Assembly (NCBI GenBank): GCA_047495785.1
Contig: JBLDXI010000041.1
Coordinates: forward strand, 1 to 64,000
Length of the DNA: 64,000 bases
Direction: 5' to 3'
Origin: Lepidodermella squamata
Lineage: Eukaryota; Animalia; Gastrotricha
The notes beneath the pieces are model-generated. The model was given only the letters and a program-made list of their open reading frames with translations. It had not been told where the DNA came from and did no database searches. Each line of letters begins with the position of its first letter. The first letter of the stretch is position 1. This document shows positions 9,144-21,745 of this stretch, one piece after another. A program made the translations under genes and the position numbers.

Positions 9144-12100
9144 ATGAACATAAGTGGATTGCTGAAACCCGGAACATTACTATGCAAAAGCAAATGGAAA
9201 GATTCGACGCTGGCTAAAATTTTGACAGGTAAAATTTGACAGGTTTAAATTATATATCGTCCAACAAAGGCCTTTGCTCACAGAATCTTTGCAGTTAAAT
9301 TTTTCCTCGTGTCTTACCGATGAGAATGCTGACTTTTATTTATCTGACAACAGCAGCGTAGTTTTCATGCAGGTGGGTCATTATTTTGCTAACCGTCGGA
9401 TTAATCATCGAAATGCTAACAAAAATGTGGACCTCTGATATTCTTACACAATCTTGTTCAGCACCTTCGAAAACCTCTAACAGTCGACATGTGATGAGCT
9501 GAAAATGGTTCGAAATAATTTAGGTCAGGCCTCAAATAAAGGGCGGTCTCACATATAAGACGGGGTTTCGACTTGTTTTGCAAAAAATAAAGGACAGGCC
9601 CAACATTTCTAGCGCAGTACGGTATATGCAGCGATGCTTTATAGCCGAGAGATTTATAGCTTTAGCTGACGCTTTTTTTGGATTTTGAGTCTGAAAACCG
9701 AAAAAATGCCTAGTTTCTTAGTGTGGATCTATTTTGCAAACAGCAGATTGAAGCAAAACTCGCCAAAATGTGGCCAAATCACAATTTCTTACTTGTCACA
9801 GGTGTTTTCTTATTGGTCAAGCCCATTTTCTTAATTGTCAATTAATTGTCAAATAGGTTAAGAGGGAACGCTGGTCGCCACCTTGTTGAGTGCATTTCTG
9901 CCCATTGGCCGCCTTAGCTATACCGGTTAAAACTAAAGCTTTTGCAACCTTATTGATTGTTGAATTGAGTTTAGATCCCTGAGAAAGCATTCTATACAAA
10001 AAAAACCTAGGAGTTCTAGAACCAGAGCGCAAATGTTAACTACTGGCTATAACGCGAGCGAAGCGAGCTTTAGCTGGCGCTATTTCTGTGGCGTTTTCCG
10101 CAGGAATAGCCTAAAAATGCTCCGAATTTGGGTTGAGAGCTGAAAATTTCCAGGGGGCGAGAGTTCGAGAAAAATCTCGTCAGGCCCCCCTCTGGCGCCG
10201 CTACTGCACCTGTCGCGCTGCGGTCACGGCATAAGCAAAAACAAGAACAAAAAAGCAAAAAAACCCGCGCGGCGCCCCCGGAAAACGCGAATCACGTGGC
10301 AAAATTCATAATGCAATGCATTTTTATTCGTATTATTTTTATTTCATTGCAAAAAATATTTTCCATTAATAAAACAAATTGGAATTTGCTCACCCCGCCG
10401 AAAATCGCGGGTAGCGCGCGCGGCAGCGCGAAATTCGAGCGGGCCGAGATGCGACGCTCTAGTAAAGACGTAAAGAGATAAAGAAGTAAAGAAATAAAGA
10501 TATAAAGAATCTCGAAGTTTCCAACCCCTTTATTAACAGAGATGAGAATGGGTCGGTTTGTCGTTTCGGTCACCTTTTCCGCCAAATCACCATGGGTCCT
10601 GGGTCGCCTCCACGCCTCACAGAGCCCGGCTCAAGCCCGACGCAAGTTTTGCTGTTTCAAGCCATGAAAAGTGGCTACTTGTAATTTAGTCTGTGTTTTT
10701 TGAGCTAGGAGACATGTGAAAGTGAATGTTTGAACTTTTTGACGATTGTCGATGAGAATATAAGGCGTGAAATGCATAAAAAGAACGTCACAAGTAATCC
10801 GCTTCAAAATTACGAAATTTAGATATGTGGGTCACTTGGGTTATAAAAGTTGGGTCCTGGGTCCCCCGGCATGGGTCTCCTCGGGTCTTGGGTCGATTTT
10901 TTTACGCATTCTATTGTAGGTGGTGTTTTGCATAGTGAACTCAGTGATGAATCACAGCCGTGTTTTTTCTTGACTTGTTATGTGGTGATGGTGGTGCGGT
11001 CATGAAGTCGGTTAGTTTTTAGCAGATTAATTTGATTGAGATGAATGAAAAATAATTGCAACAGCTACTACCACAACAAAATTCACCACCTCACCACCGC
11101 ACCATCGATCAGTGAATAAAAATGAACTTCGACCCTGCAAACCCGGCCTACAATGCCCTCTCATCTCTGTTTATTAACCAACGAATTTGACGTACCAGGA
11201 AAATCGGCCACAAAACCAACCATAGGGCGTGACAAAAAATTACCCATTTCTCATTAATAACATGCTCTCTGATCAAAATATGGAAAAATATGTAACATGA
11301 CAGAGCCTGATATTCATGATTCATGTTCGACGATAGGAGCATGAAGTCATCCGCTTTGGCGCTGAGTGCGAAGATCACGAGTTTTACCACCATTACGCCA
11401 AGCAAATATCGCTCGAATCGGTTTGTTTTGCCCGGTCTTCCATGATAATTCAGTATACATAATCATTTTTCTGCTGAATCTTGTAGAATGCGACTTTTCT
11501 GCTGGAAAGAACAGTCTTGTCATCAGGCTGCTTCTTCACTTTGCAGGTTAATATTATCTGCAAGCACGATTCCGAGTCGAGATGACAGTTTGTTTTTAAT
11601 AATTTTTCAGTCTTACATTGCCGTAAAACTTCGCGCCAATTGTCATCCCGTTACTGGAGTTGCCGATGCCGCTGCTTTCATCAAGCTACTGGTAGGCTTC
11701 TTCCATCTTTTCACTCTTTCCTCTTGTTATATACACATGGTGTATTCAGAACAACGTCGATTTATCTGATTTGTCAAAAAAAGTACCGCATGCATCCACA
11801 GAGGAAGTCATGCTGTCATGCATGCAGTCCATACCATCTGTTGGTCCGACGAAAGCTCGCCAGATAGTAGCCAGATTTGATAGTAAGTTTCGACTTTCGT
11901 CGCGTCTTGGCGTGGACGCAAATTTTCAAATTTCCCAAATTTCCAAATTTCTAATTCGAAAACGAAAATCTCTTGGCGCGGTTTTCCTTTGCCATCGCTC
12001 GCAAATTCTGATATGAAAATGATTAATGCTTGGCAAAAAAATTGCAGGTATGGATGCGATTTTCAAGGCGGAATCTTCAGGGCAGCTTTGCGAACTTGTT

Positions 12101-12148
12101 GGAAAACGAATTGCTGACTCAATCAAGCAGTTCTTCCATGCAGCTTGA
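9144..12148 (+). CDS. FAAP24: Fanconi anemia core complex-associated protein 24 (7 exons, ~2 kb intron 2)
   Basis: The spliced translation KWKDSTLA / DFYLSDNSSVVF / LLERTVLS..FFTLQ / MQSIPSVGPTKA / ELVGKRIADSIKQFF matches the ERCC4-like plus (HhH)2 layout of FAAP24. Confidence 0.85.
9800..11150. mobile_element. Probable non-autonomous DNA-transposon remnants in FAAP24 intron 2
   Basis: GCGAGCGAAGCGAGC (~10054), TIR-like GCCCCCTCTGGCGCCGCTACTG (~10185), clustered TGGGTC repeats (10593-10894) and an inverted GGTG/CACC block (~10982-11106). Boundaries are approximate. Confidence 0.4.
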
Positions 12149-14286
12149 TATTTTCATAATATCGTATGAACCTATCTTGCCATCCTTCCGGTTATAATCC
12201 TATATACCTGAGTCCTAACAAATTAAACGAATAAAAGATCGATGTTTCTTTGGTTGGTTGAAACTACATAATACGATGGGTTATGCCAATAAATGATCCT
12301 GAGCTGTCAATCTTGTCTATTCCTCGTAGCGGCTATATCCACGGGTGAAATCGTCCGGAAAAGGGCATAGTGCCGCGCATATACGGCGCTAGAGATGTTT
12401 TTTCAGCGTTGCTAAACGATGGAAGAATTTTTCAGCCAGGTAATGCTGGCTGAAAATCTTAAACTCATCGACTTGGCTTTGAAAAATCATGATAGCCATC
12501 AGCACTGAAATGTGCATGTCCGTTCGTCCTTGATTAGTATAGTAGTAGTTTCTCGTAGGCCCGTTTTCATCTGTTTTGCTAGAAGCATTTTTTCTGAAAC
12601 TGCTATGAATCATCATGAAGCGTCGGCCAACGCTGAAATATAGGTATGGCTCGCTTTTGCCCTGTTCTTCCAATACTGTCAGTGCTGTCTGCCGTCTTCA
12701 AACGCCGACACGATGAGCTCACTGGCCTGATTGTGGCTCTTAAGAGGAACACGAATGCCGTCGAAGTACTGCTCGGCAGTTATAAAGACATTTAATTGTA
12801 CTACTCAAGTGCTTATTGCGTGAACAAGATTGCCATTCTCGCCTAATAGCAAAACAACTAAACGCCGCGTCTCATTTCCTGGCAATATGACAGAGACCTC
12901 AATGACACCTGCCGAGAGCAAGGCATACAGTGGAGCCAAAGCAACATTATTGCGCGTGCTTTTTGCGCTTCCAGCGGAATGAACTCAACTTGTGACCACA
13001 ACAGTCGCGTTTTTTCCACGACCCTCAAATTTCATTATATCCTGATGGATGAGCGCGTGAATCGTCGATGCAATAGCTGCGGAAGGTCTGGGTTGGCCTT
13101 GTCGGCCTCAGGATATAAGGCTGGCCCACCTATGCGATTGGTGCGCATCCTGCTTTATAAGCATATTCGTATCACCTGAAAAAACGTCTAGAGATGGGTT
13201 CATGCTTTTTGACGGTTGGCAGAAGTACTTCTACCTAGTCATGTGTTGAAAGTCCAGTCGAAGTGTTGCGTGGAAGAGGTGGATGATTCTGCTGTTAGTG
13301 TTGTTAGCGCTTGACAAGGCTTTATTATTTTGTTCTCACATGCCCTCTGAGCCATATCTCTAATGTGAAAGGCTTTCTGACCGCGTGCTAACCGTCCTCT
13401 GAACCCGACGGCGTAACCTGTAGCATCATTTTATTAATGCTCAATTTTTTAACCTGTAGCATGGAACTACGTAGCGCCAACTAGCCACGTATAAGCTATT
13501 ATAGTCAGGTATATCGAACTACGTACGACTACCTGTTTGATAATATTATACTTGCGGGCGAAGGCGTGGTGGCCTCGGCATAGTGACCCTTTAAGAAGAT
13601 TGTTTACTTTTTTACCTTCCTTATTTGAAATGCCATTTCTGATTTATGTTTCGATCTCGCTCACAGCTCGCAGTTTGCTAAAACAGTTAATTTCACAATG
13701 ACATGGTAATTCATGCTTATATAGGCGCAAAGTGCTTTAATCAAAATTGAAGTCAATTCGCCGATGATGGCTTAATTTATGGCGGGGAGACACAGCAGCA
13801 CAAATTGACAGGTGAGAGCAATATTTTGTATGCAGATTCGACAATCACTCATCAGGCTCGTGTTGTGCAGCCTGATTGGCTCATCGGCGGCCAATCAAAT
13901 TTTACTTTGAGAAGAGCATCGCCGACGCATGCCATATTGCAGCTATATTAGTATAGCATACCCAAGTATCATTGCTGGACATCGGCGGGGCGCACGTGCC
14001 CATCGTTATCCGAGTCGCGGCGGCATATGCCGAGGTCGACTCGGGCAGCCGCCGATCTATACCTGGGCATCGCCAATTAATGCACTCGCAATTCAATTTG
14101 TATCGCTCACCGAAATAATTGCCGGTGTGCCATTTGGCGCATCGATAAGTCAGCTGATCAAAAGGCTTAACATGTTATATCAATCAGTCCGCCCCTATCA
14201 TTAGGATTCCTCTTTTCATGCCAAGTTCTTTTATTATGATCATTATTACTTAGATTTGGGAGAACAAGAAGCAGGTGATTTGAGGC

Positions 14287-17200
14287 ATGAACAGTGGCAG
14301 CGGCAATGACCAGCCGACGTTGGGCAAGGATGCTTTCGAGGCCGTGTCGGCGTTGTGGCAGCAACCGAATTCATCGGCTACGCTTCTTCTTGCGCTACTT
14401 AAGCAACAGCAAGCGCTTCAAATGCCCAGCAGTGTCGGCGGCTCAAATCATCGGAAACGCCCGTCGTCGCCATCGCCATCGCCTTCTTCAATGTCAGCGG
14501 CTCAACTTTCAGAAGAGAGATATATTGGGGTAAGGGAAATAATTTAACGAATCTAGTAGTCCAACCGAAAATTATTTCATCACAGACTATGGCCACCGCG
14601 TTCCCCCCGCTAGCAGCGACCTTCGACGAAACCGACGGCATGGCCAAGAAACCTAAACAGCAGCTCGACTCGGAAGATATAATGATCGACATTGACGCGT
14701 CGACATCAGAATCATCGGTCTCAAGTAGCGACTCAGCGGTGCCGTTCGACTTAGCATCTCCCGGGTCTCCACGTGAAACCCCTGCGTCGCGTAGTCGCAT
14801 GTCGCCCGCTACAACACCGGCACTACTTGGCGAAAGCAGCAAGCCATCCCTCAGCCTGGGTAACGACCGGACGTTGCAAAACCTACAACGTCATCACCAA
14901 CTGCTCGCGCAAATGGCAATGACGGCAGGCAGCGTCGCTGTACCGGGAGCTGACAAACAAATCGCTGACTGCGTTGTGTGTGGGGACAAGTAGGCTAGGA
15001 AATTATATCTAAGTTAGAACTATTTCATGCCAACATATTTCCAGGTCGTCGGGCAAGCACTACGGTCAATTCACCTGTGAAGGGTGTAAGAGTTTTTTTA
15101 AGGTATACATTTTCAACTGAATAACACGGTCAGATAACTGTAGAAATTTCAATCGAAATAGCGTTCTGTTCGGCGGAATTTGGTATATACATGCCGAGGT
15201 CAGCACTGCATCATCGATCAACATCACAGGAATCAATGTCAATTTTGCAGGTGGGCGTTCTCTTAATGACCAAAAAATCTTTAAGGGTCATGTTTGCAAA
15301 CCTAGATTCTCGAAATGCCTCGGCTCTGGTATGAAAAAAGAAGGTGAGGGGCACTATTCTTCCGCAAGACGTTTATTTGTCTCATCCTTTGAATTATCAG
15401 CTGTTCAGCGAGGCCGTTCGAGCTCAAATGCATCCAACTTCATCGGATCCGCGGCTCTCAGCTCTTTTCTCAGTAGCGTCGCTCAGACGCAAAACAACAA
15501 CGGGACAACACAACGGCACGCTTTGCCGCTAAATCACGCACCACAAGCATTACCACACCTGGGTTTACCGGCGCTGCAGTCGCAACACTCGATGGTAGCC
15601 ATGCTTAACGCCTACAGCAATGCAACTCTCGCGCATTCGAAGTCGCCTCTACAGCCGGGTCAGCAAGCCTTCCCGAGCAACAGTGGGATCACTTTTGCGC
15701 ATAACTACTCAAATAGTGACCTTGAGCTCAGCTCAGCCCGTCTGAAGTTACCCCTTTTTACTCCTTCCACGATGCCATCGGAAAGTGCAAATTTTTTGGC
15801 TCTCCTTCTCAGCGCAGAGCAAAGCATGAACGCAGGTCAGTACGCACGTTTTTCGACCTCCGGTAGCAGCCTAAAAGGAATGCAAGAAATCGCGGCAAGG
15901 TTGATTTTTCAAGATGATATATCAGCGTGATTTATTTTAATTTTTGTTAATATAGACTTCTATTTATTGTCATTGACTGGGCTAAAATCACCGCACGAAG
16001 TATTGCCTTGCTTTCGCCATGCCTCTCGGCTGGTGATTTCAGTCGCATGCTCAAGGCTTCGTGGGCTGAACTTTGGGTGTTGACTGCGGCTCAAATGCCG
16101 TGGGCGTACGACGCTGTTATGATCGCCGCCGAAGAAACAACGTCGCCACCCGTATCTCCCGACGCATCAAATGGGGTCGAATCGGCTATGAATCGCAAAG
16201 CCGCGATTGAGCAGCTGCAAGTGATATGTCGACAAGTAACTTCTTATAATAATCACAAGTCGCTTTTCATATCTCTGTGTTCATTTTAAACTTAGATCGA
16301 GAGTATCCGATCTCTGGGACTTGATTCAGTTGAATTCGCAGCCCTGAAGGCATTGGCTTTATTTTCAGGTAATATTCACATGACTCCTGCTGGTGCTAGT
16401 TTTCGACCATGCTTTCGCATTTTCATCCGCGAACATAATCTTGTTACTTTCTACCGGGGCTTTGATTCGCTCCGATGAGTGCTACACCGCCGTCGGCTGG
16501 TGGTAGCTCATTTGATTTTCAGAGAGACCGTCGCTCTTGCGCTCTATCATTTCTGCCTCATCGAGCTCGCCGGCGGTGACTCAAGGTCACAATTGAATTT
16601 TTACCTGCCTCGTTTGACATTATTACATTTCACCGGATGTATTGCATGGATAGACAATAGTTGTTTGCTATCATTGATCATCAACTTTGGCGCGCATGCC
16701 TAGTTTAACAATTTATGAGACAATTGTGGGTGCGCGCAGAATATTACAGCATTAGAGATGTGCAGAAAGAGCCGCTGACTTATTCGCAGCGCGATTCATT
16801 GCAAAATGAGACAAAAACAAGACACTGGAGGGAAATAATGTTGACTAAATAATGCGATGATGCAAACGAGATATTCAGCCAAACCCATTTTCCTGGATAA
16901 TTACCTTTCGAAAATGCCCTTAATATGCAGATACTTTTGGGACCGCCGCAATAGCCGAGATGATGCAGGAAAAGGTTGCCGGTGCCCTGGCTGATTATCT
17001 ACGTGCGAAGGACGCTAACCCAGCGTTTTGCAACACTTTCGGCATCAGTGCTCCTCAAACAAGTAACAGGCTAATGCGAATTCTCCTTCGAGCTAACACT
17101 TTGAGGTCGACCATTCGTCCGGTCGTCCTAGAACAGCTCTTCTTTTCTCGGTTCGTTTTCTTTTCTCATTTATCACACAACAAACCAAAAGTTTAACATT

Positions 17201-17438
17201 TTGCAGCATGGTGGGTAATGTCAGCATAGAAATACTCATTGACAAGCTGATTGCAGATCAGCAGCTGTTGGTCAAAGTTGACGATATGATCGTCCAAAAA
17301 ATAGCTACGCTGATTCCATCCAAAATGAACGCTGCAGCCTCCTCAGACTGCACTCCGCATCCACAATCGACGGTTGATTCAGACGCCACCATCTCACAAT
17401 CATTGCTACCGACACTATGCGATGCCAACACCAAGTAG
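14287..17438 (+). CDS. NR2F: COUP-TF/seven-up nuclear receptor, divergent LBD
   Basis: Spliced [63 protein letters not shown] motifs SWAELWVL and [19 protein letters not shown]. Confidence 0.92.
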
Positions 17439-19353
17439 ACAGTCGACTGTTCTCAGGGGCTTGTGGTGAATAACGCGGCAGTAGGTCTGGATGTGGCAAT
17501 TTTCGTAGCTGTATTATGGTTGCCAAAGCTTCCATTTGACTATTCACCACCAAGTCGCCAATCATTTCAGCTGCTACTAAATATTTGAGCGTGCTGCAGT
17601 CACTCAACTCCGCTCTTAGATGTGGGCTTTTTCCGCTGTGAGAAATACTCGATAAATCTTCATAGATACTATACCTAGATAGTTTGTTTTAATGGGAGCG
17701 GCTTCAACATTAGTTTTAATTAAGTGTTTCCCAAGAAATTATATTCGTTGTTGTACGTACGAATTCTAGTCAGTTGACTACCCTGCGGTTTCAAATAACG
17801 ATGTTAGCTTTTTTAATCACGCCATAACCGCATCTACACGATATTACAATATCGAAATAATTTTTAATGTCTTTTTTATTATATTCTATGAAGTTTGTGA
17901 TTCTGCTTCCTGTGCCTTTGGATGATAAACACTAAATCCTTTATAACATTGTCGCTATTATATTGAAGTTCCTACTTGCTATCCGAAGTCCGGAAAGTTT
18001 TTAGCATGTACGCGTGACGTCTTCACTGAAAATCCCATATTTATTTGTTAGCTATATATACCTATCATTAATCTAGACTGTGTCTTTTCGTCGCTTTCAC
18101 CTTTGTGTTTCTCATTGATACTTTTTCAGTCAGCTTGTTAATTTTTCATGATAACTGCGTTGAAAACGACGTGTTGTTTCACTAATACCAATCGGATGTC
18201 GATATCATAATATTATGTTGATGAAGCGTTCCGCAGTGAACATGTGCCGTGGCTTGTGACTAGGCTGCTATATTTATTTAAAGGACTCATGGAAGTTGTT
18301 GTTACTTCCCAGCAAGCAGCCTCAGTTAAAAGAATAAACCAAATAGCAAATGTTGTGCAATTACTGGCTACCACCGAGAAACATGCTGCTAGAACTTGGG
18401 TTGTAATACTCAATACCTAATACTTAATGTCTTCGGTCTTCGGTCTTCGGTCTTGGGTGTGGAAAAACTTATAGGGAATTTTCAGCTCTGGCGCGGATTA
18501 TAAACCTGGTCTACTCACCACCGCAGAGAAAGAACCGACAGAATAAAGACCACGAAAAAAGCATGGGGGCCAGATTATCAATTCAAGTTTTATTTCACCG
18601 TGATAAAAATTCAATTATATATTTAGATTCATTATTTGTGGTTCCATAGCATAATTACATAATATAACATCAGCTCATCATACAATACAATAAACGCGAT
18701 AATGCTCAATAACGCCCAGTCCGGCTGTGAACTGTTGTCACACGGTGACTTGTACCACTATATCGCTGATTCAAAACGATACCTGGAAATGTGACGTTTC
18801 ACTGACAGACTGCTGAGCGTCATTGTCCATTGCCAGCGGAATCTAATCGCCGTAGAAGTAGCAGTAAGGATGGTATCATTGAATGAAATATTGTAGGCCG
18901 ACCACAATGGATCGAACCAAAATCACGTTAAAATGCAAATCGGATAATTAATAAATTACGACAATATCGATAAATCAGAATCAGCATGTAACGCCATGCA
19001 GGTTTTCGACGTTCATGTCAAGCTGTCACAGATAAAAAAAATTATTACAACAACAGCTCTTTTTAGACACCCATTGATCTAGTGTTATCAATTTGCAGAC
19101 ATGGAATTTCATTTCAATTAAAAAACATAAATAGGAAATAGTAGCAACGAAGATAGCCAACTTTTCATTTTGCGGCTGAGTCTTCGATGTTTACGACAAT
19201 AAAGCAGCTCAACTAAAGACATCGTTTAGATGGACAGTCACAGCTTCAGATCAAGTGAATTCCAACCAATTACTTGAATGGATACGAAAAGCAAAGATTA
19301 AGGGGAGCGGCAAGAAAATCCCACCGACCTATTGCGCTCAAGCAAAACGCCTG

Positions 19354-21081
19354 CTACACCTGACCAGGCATCTGGAATTGCGTAGGTTGGCCAGGCATTG
19401 ACGTCTGCCCTACCGGCGGGCCGTTCGCGTAGCCGCCGTATCCCATAGTCATATTGGGTAGCATTTGCTGTGGCTGCTGCTGCTGTTGTTGTTGTTGCTG
19501 CTGCTGTGGTGGCAGTTGATGGGATTGCTGCTGGAAGATAGCGTTGTTGGGTGGCGCGGAGACATAAGCGCCGTTGTTCATGGGCTGCTGAACCGGGTAG
19601 CCAGCGGGAGCCGCGCCGTATGACATAGCACCAGGCGCGCCCGATAGAGGGACGCCGTAAGCCGGGATGAAACCGGGCGCCGTCGATGGATCGTAATATT
19701 GCGGCTGACTCGCGTACACCATTTGGGCCTGGGGAGGCATGGTCATTAGCTGCTGTCGTTTGTCCTGCACTTCTTGGGCCATAAGTCGATGATACTCCGC
19801 GAAAGCATCAACCAACTGTTGGTTGGCGTCATTCAATTTAGCGTGCAGGGCATCGACTCGTTCCAACTCATTATCGACAAGCGGCACCATAAATCGACAC
19901 TCTTGTTCTATACGCAACAATTCGTCGCTATCGGGTCTTTGCTCGCCAGTAGGGTCCGCTGCCTGAATCAGCGAAAGACCGCAATCAATCTTCGCCTCAT
20001 CGATCGTCACCTGAGCTTGATCGATCGGTTGCGGTGCTCCGCCATTCGCTGAACCGGCAGTCGGTTTCTGCTCGTGCTGATTGTCCTTCTTTTTAGCAGC
20101 GTTTTCTGGTTCGGGTTGATAGGTCAGGTCGGAGGTGACAAAATTTGACGGGAAAAGCAGGCCTTCATTCTGAGCAAATGCAGGCGTCGCAGGCGTGTAC
20201 CCGCGCCACCAATTAGCGTCGCTGTCGTCCAAAACAAAAATGATGTCGCCAGTTTTAAAGGTGAGCTCGTTTTCTTCGGCCGCCTCAAAGTCGTAGAGGG
20301 CACGAACTTTACGAGGCTCGCTAGAATTTATAGTCGACGCTATTGAAGTGTTGCCAGCGCTGGCAGCTCCAGCCGCCATCGCAGGGTATAGGGACGCTAG
20401 GTTAGCGCTGCTGCCCGCCGGAGTATTGCTCGGTGTTTTTGCCTGAGCTTCTTGCATCGAAAGCGCCATAGCCCGTGCCAAGTCTTCAATCTCTTTTTCT
20501 TGAAGTTCTTGCGCGGTCAACTTGGTTTTATGAGAACCAGATCGCGATTTGGAACCTGAATCCACTTGATCAGCGAAAGTAACTGTCGAGTAAACGGTAG
20601 AACCGCTTTTGAGCTCGTTGTTGAGTTGGACTATGTTGGATTCCGATTTCAAGTCGCCGCCCTCAGCCCATTTTTTGATCAGCGCTCGCAGCTTCTCCGC
20701 TGCTTTTGTTGATGAATTGGCGATTTTGCGTAGTTCTTGGACGGCGTCTCGAGACCCGATTTCATTAGCAAATTTACGCCCGCAGTTGGCAACGCAAGAG
20801 TCCATCAGTGTCAACGCCTTAGCTGCTACTGTGGCATTTCGATGATTTGCGCGTTTGAAAATGGCTCGTAGAACGTCACGAGGGCCGTCCTTCAAACCAC
20901 CAACCTTGTCGCAAATATCAAGGATCAATGCCCAATCGTCATCCTGACTCTTGTCAGAAGTAGCAGCCTCTGGGGTTGAAAAATACAAGTTTTTCCATTT
21001 CCATCCTAGTGCAATTTCTTTTTACTTACCAACAGCCTGGTCGAACGGTGATGAAGCACTCCCACCAAACAGAGACGGCAT
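19354..21081 (-). CDS. STAM: Signal transducing adaptor molecule (ESCRT-0), VHS-UIM-SH3-GAT
   Basis: Short exon 1 MPSLFGGSASSPFDQAV; VHS DWALILDICD; UIM EDLARAMALS; SH3 RALYDFEAAEENELTF; Q/P-rich tail. Confidence 0.95.
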
Positions 21082-21745
21082 CAGGGCAAGTAAAACTTTA
21101 TTTCAATAGAAAATCTAAAGGCAATCAAAGAACAAATGATGTCTTCTCCGAATTTACTGCAAATCGATGCTCAGTTTAAACGGACGGTAATTTGACAATT
21201 CTCTATATTCGCCCGAATGATAACAGCAATAATAAATTATATACGATTAGGAACAACAATGACGCCATTATTAGTAGCATATTAAGCTGATTGAACGATT
21301 AAAGCAACAGAATGACTCGGACGGCAATTGATTTCTTGATGAAGCCAACGAGACCTATGCAGGTCAAATCGAATAAAAATGCAATGAAGAAGGTGAATGT
21401 CAAGTGCTTAATCACCCTGCTGTCTTAATCGCCCGCGCTGACACTCGCAAATACCATGTCGAAATATATTACCAAAAGACCCAGAAAATGATAAGATAAC
21501 ACAATGAAGATATGAATGCAACGTGCTCACGAGACCTCAAGTTCTTGCACCTTTGATGATAAAATAGTATTCAAGTCGTCACAACGATGGATCAAGCGTC
21601 GAAAACACAGAATGGGAATATTTAAGCATTCAACTCAGAATCGAACTGATTTGAATCTATACCCACGAATATATTCGGAATGCAAAATGCCGCTGAATGT
21701 TGATAAATAAAACTAAAGTAGGTAATCGGTCGATATTTTAGTCAT

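Noticed and set aside
10950-10975. AATCACAGCC, a miR-2-like seed region
   Set aside because: No complementary arm is present to form a pre-miRNA hairpin.
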